A stretch of 64,000 nucleotides of DNA. It comes from Nageia nagi. Lineage: Eukaryota > Plantae > Pinophyta. This document shows, piece after piece, positions 14,502 to 28,394 of the stretch (its first letter is position 1; every line of letters starts with the position of its first letter). Location of the stretch: NCBI GenBank assembly GCA_050084985.1, contig JBITNC010000001.1, positions 141,794,001-141,858,000 of the forward strand, written 5' to 3'. The notes below the pieces were generated by a model. The model did no database searches. It had not been told where the DNA came from and saw only the letters and a list, made by a program, of their open reading frames with translations. The translations under genes and the position numbers were made by a program.

Positions 14502-15208
14502 TGTTAACACCTAAAAAGGAATTTTAATTTAATTAAAATACCATTTTAGGTATTTGAAATAATTTATTAAATAAATGCTCCTTTCCATGTGTACTCTCAT
14601 CTACCTTTATGTTTGAGGTAATAGGTCAACTCAGCACATCATAAGACTAAGGAGGAGCCTTAGCACTAGACATGTTTCTATAAAGGTGGAGGGGTTGTGA
14701 TGATCAAAGATATGATATGAGATGACATAATCTTGAATCCTTGATAGGTGGTAATATGCTTGTGTGAATCTTGATCATTGTTTCTTAATGCCACTTATCA
14801 TATCTACATTTTATTATACTCTAAGCTCTCTATTTCTGTGACCTTTAATCCCTTTATGAGCAAGATTCTATGTATCAAAGGTGAATTATGATATAAAGAA
14901 AAAGGGTGAGGCATTCTAGAATGATAACCAGGTGACATTGTTGGGTTTATATTACTACCACTAGTTTGAGGTTGCATTGGTGGCTACATATTTCAAGGAT
15001 ACTCATCATTCATCCTCATTTGATTGAATTTCACCTCAGTTATTATCATAGGTAAACTACAAGTTTGTATCTTTGTAAATCCAATTTTGTTAGGTCAAGG
15101 TCAATTCATTTTCATTTTACATATCATCAATTTCTTATTATTTATAGTTAATTAGTTAATTTAATTATTCTATAACTAACCATAATAATAATTATTTTGA
15201 TTATAACA
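14502..15208 (+). mobile_element. 5' LTR of a gag + PMD non-autonomous Gypsy-type element
   Basis: TGTTAAC...ATAACA, collinear with 39660-40386. Preceded by ATAAA (14497-14501) and followed by a TGG-starting PBS-like sequence (tggtgaacc). Confidence 0.9.
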
Positions 15209-16456
15209 ATTGGTGAACCTTATTTCTTTTTGATACATCACATTATCCTTCACTAATTATGCCAAAAGCCTAGGGTTTTGGATAGTAATAATATTTATTT
15301 CAAGTGATATAGAAATGGATACACCTTTTCTATAGATCATGAAAATATTAAATATCCTATTATACAACATAAGAATATGGTACATAAGAATTATACTAAT
15401 GCACCTAGAAGATAAATTGAAAGACTATAGAGACTACACCTACATGAAGAATAGGATAGTTCTCCAAAAGATTGTAGCCACTTAGTTAAGCAAGGAGAAA
15501 AAAATAATTGAGAGAGAATTGATAAGCTCCCTTCAAATGCACTAGGTACTCACTAAAATCTTATCTATTCCATAAGGTTAAAAATTGTTAGTTATGAAAG
15601 AATCTCTCCCACTCCTTTTCAAACTTTGCAAGAAGTTGATATCGAAGTCAAACACCTCCTAGGTTCTACCCTATATATTGATCTTGAATATACCAAATAG
15701 ATGAATATGATCCAAAAAATTGAATAGGATATAACCTTAACCCCTTATTGATTAGCTTACAAGTATTTTGAACCTTCTCAAGTTCCTTTGCTACATTTTC
15801 TCATCGCTAACATCATTCTCAAACTCTAGATTCCAAACTATATCCTTAGTACTTAACATCACCCTAGCAATGTTATTGGACCTACCACACCACCACTCCA
15901 TTACTTATATAGAATCATTACCAATCTTCTTCTAATCCTAGGTTTTCCATTCCATAGGTACCTTTTGACTACAAGATAACATTTATGAAGAAGACCTAGT
16001 CGATATTTTAGAAGATGAAGAATATTAAAGGCCACCAATTCCCAAATCTTGGATGGATGAACTTGATCTAGTAATAGCATTTGGCATGAAATGAAGAGTA
16101 GGTTGGTTTGATGTGGAATTTAATATCCTAAAGAGAGAATTAAAGTTTTTGAAGCTTAACAAGAATATAAAGGTACTCCACTAGAATGTCAAATGGACTT
16201 GATCAATAAGAAAAATTTCATTATTTTATCCTATTTGAAAGTTTAGTAAAGGAAAAACACATAAATACTAGAGAGACATTCACATGCATATCTAATGATG
16301 CATCATACTACTGTTAATATAAAAGATTCCATCATGGCTTGCATCAACAAGTTTTCACCTATGATTTCAAGAGGTAGTGAGAATCCCTTTTACCATCGTA
16401 ACCACTATAGAAGGTATGATAAATAAGTAATATTTACTATGTTTTATGGTAATTCT

Positions 16457-19400
16457 TATTAGATACTTAATCCTTAGGGATTATGGGTATATATAGTATA
16501 GTAGTAGTTACTATATTTAGTAAATTTGTAGCTTTATGTGTGCTAGAATTTAAGAGTCTTTTCTAGAAGAATATGAAGAGTTACATTATATCTCAAGGTT
16601 CATCCAAGAAGATGAAGCTAAAGAGTCATTATTCAAATGTAATAAGGAATATTCTAACCTAATACAATATTTTTAATCTTATAGTTATCCATCCTAGAAG
16701 TGGTATCAGAGCTATGAGGTTTTCACTCTCTAACTCAATGAGAATCAAAGATTAACTCTATCCAAAAAATTTCCAAAATCTTTTTCTTGCATTTTTTGCA
16801 AATTATAATTTCAAAATCCATCTATAAGCTCATTTTTGTATTCATCTCATCATTTTGATTGTTTGTATATATAACATGACCTATTTTGGAGCAAAAATGG
16901 TGAAGTTGTATACATTTAAAGTTTCAAATTGATTTTTGGTTTTTGAGAGTGATTTTGCAGTATGTTGGTGGTTTTCCTAGAATCCATGCAAATGGTATTA
17001 AAAATTTTTTGCATTTATTGAGGTGGTTTTAGAAGGAAATATTAGAGATGATTTTCTCAAAACCCAATCTCCCAAGGAGCCCCAATGCACCAAACACCAT
17101 CAAATCCCATCCTCCAAATTAGTGCCACCACCCAACACTACCCACACCACCCCTCATAATCTCTCCCACCCTATGCGGTCTTCCATTTCACCTCTTGTAC
17201 ATATTTTTCTAGCATCTTCTCACTAGCTATCCACTCCTACATGCACCTCATAAGGCTTCACCACCTCACATTTGCCACCTTAGGCTCTCTACCTACTACC
17301 CAAAGTCTCCCACATGGTGCTCCTTTATGCATCATTACTTTGCCAATGCTCATACATTTAAGTTATAGAGCACTTATCATCTAGTATATCTACCATATTA
17401 TCTTTCCATATGGATTACTTTTACCATTTTACCACCATCTCAACAAATCACAATGTGGACTAAATAGCTCACCTACGACATCAGCATTTAGTTAACACCA
17501 CATTAGCACCTTGACACATCAATAGCCTACTCTGCCATGTTAATGCCACATTAGCACCCTACCACATTAATAATTCACCCCTACCATGTTAGCCCATTTG
17601 TATAGTCAACATTCTACCTTTTAAAATGTGTCTAATCAGTATTTTGAGGTGTTATTGGCCTTTTTTAAACTTGAAAAGTATTTTGGCCATAACTTCTTCA
17701 TTTTTATTTGTTTTTCGATAATTTTTTTCATTGGATTCAAATTTTTTATGGGTACAATTTGAGATGGTTTTTAGACTTTAAAAATGTAAATATTTTTATA
17801 GAAATTACATAATTTGTGTAACTTGTTTTTTAGGCAAAGATCACTTAAATTTTTAAAAATTTTAAGACATTGAAGTTTTGTTAAAATTACATTCATTTAT
17901 GAGCATTGTTGGAATTGTGTTAACTGGTAAAGAAAATTGGCCATAGTGGCCTAGGAAAATAAATCATACTTTAATTTTCAATGATTTTTGGGTTAGAATT
18001 TATGATGAAGATAACCAAGCTACCAAATCAATTAATGCCAAGGAACTTGCGATTTGGAATATGAAAAATAGTAAATCATATGCCTTATTTGCTTCTTTAG
18101 TTAGTGAGGAGGTTAATTGATACATTACCTCCATATATGATGCATGGAATACATTGAAGAAACTAAAATACTTGTTTAAATCCCAATTTAAATTAAAATT
18201 GATCCAACTTTTATAAAAACATTTTAACCTAGAGTTAAAGAATGATGATCACATTGCATTAATTTTTTAAATTAGATGAATAATGCATGACATTGACTCT
18301 ACTGGTGTGAAGATTGATATTGCTCTCATAGATTTTATTAAGGCATTGTACCCCACATACACAAAGTATCTTGAATCCTTGCAAGCTTGTGGTAACTTGA
18401 AGTCTCTCATATTTGATACTTTAGCAGATAAGATTACAAAATGTGAGAAGGTATTTGGAAAGAAAAATAGTGAACCTACTTTAGACACATTATTTTTTGC
18501 TCAAAAGGGAAAGAATATTGCATATTATTCTTCTCAAGGTGAAAGTAGCAACCATGATTATGGTAGGAGGAATCATAGAGGTAGGGGAAAGATCTAATCT
18601 AGGTGATCATGATGAGAGGAATAATCTCCATTTTAAAAGATGTGATAGATGAAGCCATGAAGCTAATACCTATTACACTTCATGGGACAAGATCAAAGAA
18701 AGGAATAAAAAATGGGAGCAATACAAGAGTAAGAATTTTGATTCTACTCATTATGTTACAACATATTGTTACTTAATACTTCATTTGCATCTTAGGGGGA
18801 TCCATGGTTGCTTAATACTGGTGCTACATGTGTTGGGTGTATTTGTTAAAGAACAAGTTTGAATGTTTTGAAAAGTTTAAGGAATTTCATGTGATGATTG
18901 AAAAAGAAGCAAACACTCATATTAGCACTTTTCATTTTGATAATGGGGGTGAATACACTTTAGTTGAATTCAAGAATTATCTTAGTCAGCATGGAATCAA
19001 GCATCAAATTATTATTCCTTATAATCTATAACAAAATGGTGTAGCTAAAAGGATGAATAGAACTTTGTTGAATATGACATGGGAAATGTTATTTTTCAAT
19101 AATATGAAAATGATGTTTTGGGTTTATGCAGTTGCTTATGCAGTGTATGTCATAAATATATGTCCATCTCATTCTCTTGATGATAATACTTTGTATGAAA
19201 TGTGGTTTGGTAGTGTTCCTTCGGTTTGACATCTCAAGGTTTTTGGTTCCACTTTCTATGCCCTAATCCCTAAGGAACAAAGAAACAAACTTGGTGCCAT
19301 GAGTCAAAAATGTATTTTCTTGGGGTAATCAGATACTACCAAGGGTTATAAGCTTTATGAAAAGGTAAAAAAAAAATTCCTCTTTGCAAGGGACATCATT

Positions 19401-21747
19401 TTTCTAGAATATTCCAAGAGTGAATTGACTATTGAGAAGCAACTTGATCACCTTGATAGGTTTACCCATGGAAATCATTTCTCTGAACATCATTAAGAGA
19501 TTCCAAATGTTGAGGGGAGATCCATATATTGGATCAATCTTTGGAATCTACAACACTTGTATTTCAAAAGTGCCTATTCTAGTAATTACACCTAGTCTAG
19601 TAGTATAAGCACCTCCTCCACCATAATAAGATCCTTCCTCTTTATCAGTTTTAGCAGGTCCTTTGGATGATGTCATTGAATGGTTTGATAGGTTAAGTCT
19701 TAAAGGAAATGAAGAGCCTCCTCATCTTGTTGAGAAACTAGAAACATCACAAAAGATTCCTAAGTGGCTCTTTAAAGCACTTGACAGTGTTCATCCTAAT
19801 GAAGTTGGAAAGATGGGAACTAGGAGTTCCTACAAAGATAGAATTGAAGATGGAGCAGTAGAGGGTTCAGATTCAAGTTATGATATTAAGGATATGGAAT
19901 GTTCTTTTAATTGTGAATTGAATTTCTCTACTAATTATGAGCTTATTTCCCTTAAATAAGCTTTTTTCTCATGGTGTCAAGAAGAATTCCATGAAGAAGG
20001 AGTATGATGCTCTCATCAAGAATGGGATGTGGAAGTTGGTGGATCCTCCATATGGAACTAAACCTATTCGATGCAAGTGGGTATATAAAAATAAGTATAG
20101 ATTCAATGACTCACTTGAGAAATACAAAGTGAGACTTGTGGAAAAGGGTTTTACACATAAAGAAGGTATTAACTATTATGAAACATTTGCTTCCATAGCA
20201 AAATGGTCTACTATTCATTATTTGTTGCCAAGGTTAGCTCAACATGGATGGAAAGTTCATTAGATGAATGTGAAGACTGCTTTCTTGAATGGTGATTTGA
20301 AATAAAATGTGTACATAAGACAACCAAAAGGATTTGTAGTGAAGGATCAAGAACAAAAACTTTGTAAGGTCATCAAATCCTTGTATGGCCTAAAATAAGC
20401 TCCTCACGCTTAGTACAGAAAGCTTACTAAGCATCTCTTGAAAATAAATTTTGAACACTTTAATCTTGATGATGCAACTTTGTTTATCAATTTTTTTGGC
20501 AAAACTATTGTATATATTGTGGTGTATGTAGATGATCTTTTGATAACTAGGAATAATAAAAGTTACATTGCATCCATGAAATAAGATTTTAAGAGAGGTT
20601 TTGAAATGATATATATGGGACATCTTCATTACTATTTGGGTGTTGAAGTGATACAAAACCCAAGGTACATTTTCAATTTCCAAATAAAGTACATTAAATA
20701 ATTGTTGAACAAATTTGGCATGATAGATTGTAATCCTCTTTCCACTCCAATGGAATAAAATTTGAAGTTGAAATCTATATAAGGGAATGCATTTGAGGAT
20801 GCAATGAAGTATAGATAACTTGCTAGGAATCTCATATATCTAACCATAAATAGATCAGATATTTCATTTGCAATTGTAATTCTCTATCAATTTATGTAAA
20901 ACTATGTGAAGGGCATTGGAATATAGCAAAAAGAGTTCTTTGATATTTGAAAGGCACACAAGAATTAGGGCTTAAGTATTCCAAAGTAGGAGACTTCAAA
21001 TTGATTAGATATACATATTCAGACTTTGATGGTGACAAAGAAAATGGAGTTTTCACTTCAAGATATGCCATGAGTCTTAGATCGATAGCTATATTTTGGA
21101 GATCATAAAAATAATCCATCCTAGAAGATTCCACTACAAAGGTAGTGTAAATGACTACTACAAAGGAAAAAAAGGAGATTGTGTGACTCAAGAAGGTATT
21201 GGAATATTTGTAGGAAAAATAGGTGAATCCAACTCCACTATTGATTGATAATATTTCTATAATTCAATTGGCCAAGAATCCAAAGTTTTATTATCAAACA
21301 AAGTACATGAATACAAAGTATCATTTGATTTAACATCATGTAGAGGTTAAGATAATTCAATTGAAACATTGTCCCACAAATGAGAAAATAGTAGACATCT
21401 TCACCAAGGCAATTGAAAAAGAAAATTTTGAGAAGTTAGGAAGATGCTTGGACTTAAAAACTCCCCTTCATATTAAGGGGGGAATGTTAGACACCTAATC
21501 CTTAGGCATTATGGTATAGATAGTATAGTAGTAGTTACTTACTATATTTAGTAAATTCATAGCTTTGTGTGTGCTAAAATTTAGAGAGCCTTTTCTAGAA
21601 GAATATGAAGACTTACATTATATCTCAAGCATCACCCAAGAAGGTGAGGTTCAAGAGTCATTCACCAAATGTATTAAGGTAATATTCTAACATAATACAA
21701 TGCTTTTTGATCTTGGAGTTATCTAGGTTGGTAATTATAATCCTAGA
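16457..21747 (+). mobile_element. Ty1/Copia element copy 1, both LTRs present, internally deleted and decayed
   Basis: LTRs 16457-16698 and 21485-21747; PBS tggtatcagagc 16701-16712; PPT aagggggga before the 3' LTR; TSD attct/atact. Gag, WLLNTGAT protease stub, integrase (WVYLLK, DNGGEY), RT (KWVYKNK, VYVDDLL), RNase H (VDIFTK). Confidence 0.95.
16701..16712 (+). promoter_or_regulatory. Primer-binding site complementary to initiator tRNA-Met
   Basis: Perfect TGGTATCAGAGC 2 nt after the 5' LTR. Confidence 0.9.
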
Positions 21748-23289
21748 ATACTTTTGTAAAGGTATCAAGTAGGAGTTGTTTCATTTGAAAATGATGATGA
21801 CTTGTTTGATAAACTGTTTCCTCTTAGCTTAAAATCAAAATCATTCTTGTGGTTTACTAATATACCTAATGAAATTGTTACATGTTTCAATGATGTTGTT
21901 AAAGCTTTTTTGGATCAATATAATTTGTTCATAATACAAGAACCATCTGCCTTAGACATGTATACCCTAAAAGCAAGGTTAACTTATTACCAACTTCATA
22001 GTAGAATGGTCCAAGATAGCTAGCAAAGTCCATATCCCTACCAAAGAAAAGAAGCATATTCTTTTCTTATCCTTCTTTCCATCTTATAGATGTGATTTTT
22101 CATAGTTCTAGAACTACCCATATGAAAAAATAATAGTCAAAATGATTAGCAAAGAGGCTCATCACAAATCCTTTAATGAACCATTAGCCCACATGAAGCC
22201 AAATTCAGTCCAAACCCATGCTTCTCTTGAAAAACCTTGAAAGATCCATCACCATAAGCTTGAAGTCAAAATGAAGCTCATGTCAGCCATAATGAAATAT
22301 AACTTTGGCAATTTAGGAAGTCATGAAGGCAAAATACCAAGTTCCATGAGAAAATTAGTGAAGTCTTGGATTCATTAGTAGCTATGAACTTGGTTCATCA
22401 ATGAAAGAGTCCCCTACATTAAACCTCAAGGATATCAAGAACACCTCTTTTGTAATTTCCATAAGAGAGTCAATCATGCCATAAAAGAGTGTTATCATCC
22501 TAGAAATACAATCCAAGACTTACATGATAAGGGTAAATTTAAATTTGACCATGAAGTTTCAAATGAGGTTTTGCATCAATACAAGTTTAAACTAGTATAG
22601 GATGAACTAATACATCCTCAAAATCAAAGATTGAAGATATTTAACAATCCATTTCCATAATTTAAGAAGGTGAAACTCAATGATGATGGAAAGAAGTTGT
22701 AGATAAAAACTATGAGTATCCCTCAACCACAACCACAACAATAAGCTCAAAAATTGATGGTGTTCAAGATACTTTGTAAATTATTTCATTTTATTTCATG
22801 TTTGTACATTTATTTTTCATTATTTGGTCCAAAATTTGAAATTTTTCATTTTGAATTATATCTTCCTATTCTGAAACAATGAGTAATGGCATTGGAACCT
22901 AACATCACCACTCCATTTCTAGTCCTATTTAGCCAAAATTTTGATATGGTATTTTAGGTATATATGTTTTACTATAAAAATATGTATATATTTATCTTAT
23001 TTCTATGCTTTTTGGTAAATGATTTGCAAATTGGATGAACTAAATACTAGTCTATCAACTTTAATTTCTTTTCTATTCATCAAATTTTAGGCCTCTTTTT
23101 TCATTGATTAGGCCATATCCTAATCCCATGTTTCATTTTTATTTTCATTTTCTCTCCTAATATGAGTCCTACTGCTCTATTATACCTAAAATTATTAGGA
23201 GTATTTTTAATCTTTTAGGCTTCTATATATTCATATTTGCTAAAATCACTATGTTTATAAGTATAAGTCCATAGAACATGAGTCACCAA

Positions 23290-24015
23290 TAAATCAACCT
23301 AGTTCTGTTCATGGGAAATTTGACCAAAAAATGGATCTTGTGTCCTACTCCTATACCTAAACCTAGAATAACTAGTAGATATTGCTATCAGTGTCTACCT
23401 AGACTAAAGGACCTAAATATCCTTAATCATGATCAGATCTTGGAGCCTCTTCAACTTTGATAATGCATCACATGAGGAAGATCCTATAGACTCTCTATAT
23501 ATCCTTGAAGGATACTTATCTGTTCATATCAAGTCTTCAACTACAATTGTAATCTCATCACCTACATTTGTAATGCTACCACCTAAGTCTCTAACCTTGT
23601 GTCAAAAAGCTTATTGTCAATTTTCCTTTTCCTAAATAAGCCAATAGCTAAATCATTAATATTTAGGTATACCTGAGGTATCTATTATGGGATATACAAC
23701 TCCTTATGGGGATGATTCAAATGGGTTTATAGGTCGAGTAGGTGGTGGAAGATCACCCACATTCATGGGCTCATCTTCCACCATCTCCATCTACTCCTCC
23801 TCCTCCTCCTCCCCCATCTTCTCCTCTTCCTCTACCTTATTCCCCTCCTCATCCTCAAGGCTTAATATGCCAAACCTCATTGAGATACATCATTTTTGAT
23901 ACTCTTGAATATGCTGATGAAAAGGGGTAGGCATCATGGGGGCATGATCATATGGTACAATCCACTTTGCACTCAAGCTTGGAACAACTTTACCCTTAAT
24001 GTAATTACTCAATAA
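23290..24015 (-). pseudogene. C-terminal, Glu-rich remnant of the antisense PMD ORF (copy 1, truncated by deletion)
   Basis: Matches about 35700-36422. The cct-rich tract at 23780-23860 reads as poly-Glu on the minus strand. Confidence 0.65.
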
Positions 24016-24959
24016 ACACCACTTGAATCCCATGATAAAAGAACTTTGAAAATAAATATATGAGACTTTGTCTAGGGGATAATCCTTGTGAGTGGTCATA
24101 GAATACCACCATAATAACTAGTCATTAACTAATAAACTATTATGGAATCCACTTCAATTCTAAATTAATAATGGTTTGATGTCCTTGTAAGCTTTCTAGA
24201 TACTATTTTCCATGAAGGTAGTCTAAATTTGAATTGCTTTCATAAAATTCATAGTGGTCTATAGTCCAACCCCCTCCCAAGCATGATGCCCATATAGCAT
24301 GCATAAAGAAACATAATTGTGAAGTTAAATCTCTCATTCTTCATTATCATTCAAGGATCAAATGACCTATTTAGCAAAATGATAAATCCCTTTTTAATGA
24401 ATATATAATAGAGAAAACATCCAATATCATGTGAGAGAAAATAAATTTCCTATATAACATGTTGATAGTCTTTCCCATATCCAAAGTTACCTATAAAATA
24501 TCTTAAAGAAGTTTTTCACTAATCATTCAATATGAGTTTTTGGAGGAACACTAATAAGAAAAATAATAAACATAAATTATTATGAATGACTTAGAGAATC
24601 CATGCAATTTTTAATTTAGGGACAATGACTTATATAACCATTTCTATAACTTCTTCTCAGCTATAACAACTCAAAATTAGCAAAACTTAGGAGGAAAATT
24701 GAAATGTAAAGGTGAATTTAGGAAAATTGAACACCTTTCTAAGTCCAATAAATTTTCAATGAAATTTATTAATCCATGAAATTATTGATGATAAAAGTGC
24801 AGCTTCCACCCTTAAATTTATGGTCTAATGTTAGGCAAAACATATTTAGGTATTAAAATAATTATGTGGTGCTAGTTTTTTTGCTAGTAATTTGAGAAAG
24901 AAATTATCAGTAAAATGATCATTAATAAATTATTGTGTAGTATGGGGAAGTGGTATGCC

Positions 24960-25570
24960 ATCAACTCAACTAATATAAATTGCATATTTAAATTTTGACA
25001 TATATGACAATGTTAATAAAAATGAGCTTCTTAAATATACTAACTTACACTAGAGAATTTATTTGGATGATAGAAAATTAACTTTTAAAAATTTTGTTTC
25101 ACTTGGTCAAGGAGAGATAACATTGAGTTCAAAAAAGTAAATTATTATTATTTATATTCAATGATGATAAAATATGTTTAATTTGCTCCAATATGCTCAT
25201 AAGCACTTTCATCGAGATAGATAATTGAAGAGATTGGTGAAGTTCAAAGTAGTCCAACTATAATATTTTGTAATAACATAAGTGCCATCAAGATTGCTAA
25301 AATTCTACTCTACAATAATAGATTTCAATAAATTAATTCAAAATTTTATTTAATAAAAGATATTTTAGAGAATAATATTGTATAATTGTAGCATTGAAAA
25401 AGTAAGCAACAACTTGCAAACTTGTTCATCAAAGGCATCAATAAAAATTAGTTTTTAAGATTGAGATATACACTTATTTCACCTCTTGAAATAAAAGGGA
25501 AATATATTGGAGATTGATGTTGGCCAAGATAGAAAAATAAAAATTTATCTCATGGATTTGAAGAAGATAA
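24960..25570 (+). mobile_element. Copia RNase H remnant, PPT and start of LTR (copy 1)
   Basis: LDDRKLT...ITLSSKK, CNNISAIKIAK, QQLANLFIKG; PPT aaaagggaaa at about 25493-25502. Confidence 0.8.
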
Positions 25571-28390
25571 CCCTCAATCTATTAATACATGGGGAGAGTT
25601 ATGTCAAGCTCTTATAAAGAGATTTGTTGAAGATGGTGATGATAGCATTTTTTTAGGCTTAAGAGCATGTATCAAAAGACATCCTCATGAAACTATGGAT
25701 GATTTTAATATAATATTTGATAAGACATGGAAATCAATTTTAATAAGGATTAGGCCAACAAATTCTCAAACCTTAGTATATTATAGGAAGGTATTCTACC
25801 TAGAACTTAATGTGATAATTTTCATACTAGGTGATACCTTCCCAAATGTCTATTAGACAACTAAAAATACTAAACATACCATTATTTCCTTTGGAAAAAT
25901 GTAGGCTATATCTATTATGCCCAAATTTCTTAATTTATCTTCGATGCAAGCTTCATTACAAATTCCTCATCCTAAATTATTAGCCTTACCACCTCCCCAT
26001 CCTAAATCAATGATTTAGAATCAAGCACTAGCACTCCCAACTTTGGCATCTTCAATTACACATACTAGTTCTCATTCATTGGAAGAAGAGAGGATAAGGC
26101 AACTAGAAATAACCATTATAAATCTCACAAATAAGCTCACTCCATAAGAAATACAGAATCAAGTCTTTCACTATAGAAGATATGATAATTAGTATCAACT
26201 AAGATCCTAACCAAAAAATAATTAGCCAGAACAACTTAGTGCTCCTAAAGTTGTAGATAATATAGTAATGATTAGTTTTGTAGAGAATGATACTTCAATT
26301 ATTATAGAATGGTATCCTCCATGTTCAAATCCACATTTCCCATATTCATACATGGTGTACCAACACCAATATTTGGGTATCCATATGACCAAATTGTAGA
26401 ACTTGCTATAGATCCTATTGTAGATATCACCATGGTTAGTAAGCCCAAACTTCTCAACAAAATCAACAACCTATTCCAGTTTAACCTAATCCAAAAAGAG
26501 GCAAGGCTTCTATGTCTCAACCATTAAATCATGTAAATCAAATTTTAAATCATTCAAGTAAAGTTTCAAAAGGCTCAGATAATGTTTCTCTCATTGCAAG
26601 AAACCCCACTTAAACTAGAAGTGAAGTCCTAGATAAAGAGAACCTACTCCATTGAGATATCCATTCATATCTCAACATCACAAGGAGAAGACCACTCAAC
26701 AATTCAAAAGTAAGTTAGCCCCTTACATTCCATACAATATTGTGAAATAATTAAAGAAAACACCTATAAAGATAATGTTTGATGCATTAAGTATTCCACA
26801 TCAAATTGATCTTTTACAAGAAGCTTTAAACCTTAAGAACAACAAGAAAAAGACTAATGAGGGAAATGTAGTATTTTATATATTTGATGATGTTCATCTA
26901 GCTCTTATAGGTATAATAAAAGCTCTACCTTTCTATCTATCCCTTAAATTTGAAGGTTGGATAGTTAACAATTGTATGATTGATACTAGAGCTACTATCA
27001 CTATTATTCCTAAAGCTGTTACAAATGAGATGAAATTGTATATTACCTTATGCATAGATGGAGTCATACAACTAGATTATTCCCATATATATGTTATTTA
27101 TAATGTTAAAAGAGTTTCTATAACCCTAAATGCATTCCCTAACATTTGCATCATTCAAGATATCATTTTAGTTGATATTCCAACTCTTTTTAGGATCTAC
27201 TTGTCCATAAAGTTCTAGATTACACACACCTCTTACTTTCTTTTGAAAATAGACATATAAAAATACCAAATTAGAGTAACAAAAATGTTCATCTCAAGAA
27301 GATCTCTCAGCAAAATTATATGAATGACCTTAAGCAATAGTAACATTTGAAAGGGATCCACTCATTGCATCACTGATAACTATAGAAATTCTTAAATAAA
27401 ATGACCTTAATTATTAGGTCACTAATATTGGCATGGGATACTACTACTTATATGAAAATTTACAACCAATCTCAATCTTTTCTAAAAAAGAACATGAGAT
27501 ATGGATGATGTACTTTGATGGGGTTAGATGCAAACATGGTTGTGGTGTTGGTGTTGTCTTCAAATCACCTAAAGGACATTTAAGAAGATTCTCATTTAAA
27601 TTCATATGCATATGCACAAATAATGTTGACAAATATGAATCCCTCTATTTAAGATTATTTAAGGCTATTAGTATGGGTATTATATGCTTTATAGTCCATG
27701 GTGATTTTGAACTAGTCATAAAGCAAGTCAGATATAAGATTAGTGTAAAAAACCACTATTTGAAGACTTATAGGAATAAAGAATGGGACCTTATGGAGTC
27801 ATTCTTAGAAATTAATTTTCTTTCTATTCTTAGGAAGTATAATCAAGTGGTTGATGCACTAGTAGGTAAAGGAGCATGATTAAATCCTACTCATCACAAG
27901 AGAGGTAGCTATGGATTTAAAGTCCTATGTAGGCCATCTGTACTTGACACTACAAATTTTTGATAGGTATTTGATTTTGATGAGCATATTATGAATTTTC
28001 TTATATATAAAGTAGTAGCTCACACTTTTGGTGTTGAATAACTACCTAACTATTTCCAAAAGTGGGATTTTATACAACTCAAAAACAACATTACCTAAGG
28101 GTTTGCTATCATTTGAAACTATTTAATTCTAAAGATGTTCAAAAATCCAAAACTATGGTAATTCAAAAGAAAAGCAATGTTGAGTTGGATGTTGAACCTA
28201 AAAAATGTATAAAGGTTAGATTAGAGTACTTTGAAGTAGAAAAAAGGATGATATTTCAAATTTATAATGAATTCTCTAAGGTAATTGACTAGACTTATGA
28301 CTATTTGAAAACATATGATAAGAATGTGATCCAACACACCATTAAACTTGAACCAAAGGTAAAACCATATAGATAAAAAGAGAGGCTAGT
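25571..28390 (+). mobile_element. Tat-type Gypsy fragment: gag, protease, additional RNase HI, start of RT
   Basis: NTWGELCQALIKRF (gag); CMIDTRATITIIP (protease, ORF 26775-27218); WMMYFDG...GVGVVFKSP...TNNVDKYESL...GDFELV...NQVVDAL (RNase HI, ORF 27433-27879); IQHTIKLEPKVKPYR (RT N-terminus). Confidence 0.88.
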
Positions 28391-28394
28391 CTAA

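Larger units (their letters stand above)
15330..22700 (+). pseudogene. Decayed retrotransposon gag, interrupted by the Copia at 16457-21747
   Basis: After the Copia: LFDKLFPLSLKSKSFLWFTNIP...FNDVVKAFLDQY (Retrotrans_gag-like) and a knuckle-like LFCNFHKRVNHAIKECYHPRNTIQDLHDKG at about 22445-22535. No pol follows. Confidence 0.75.
12176..25570 (+). repeat. Segmental duplication copy 1 (blocks A-B-C-E; block D deleted)
   Basis: 12176-12359 matches 29333-29516, 17119-24015 matches 29517-36422, and 24012-25570 matches 44888-46457. Identity in the low-to-mid 90s % by eye. Confidence 0.95.

Noticed and set aside
23742-23930. Proline-rich extensin-like ORFs (also 36152-36337)
   Set aside because: Reverse complement of the Glu-rich tail of the antisense PMD ORF.
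27433-27879. Host RNase H1 gene
   Set aside because: Embedded between retroelement protease and RT remnants, with catalytic motifs degraded.
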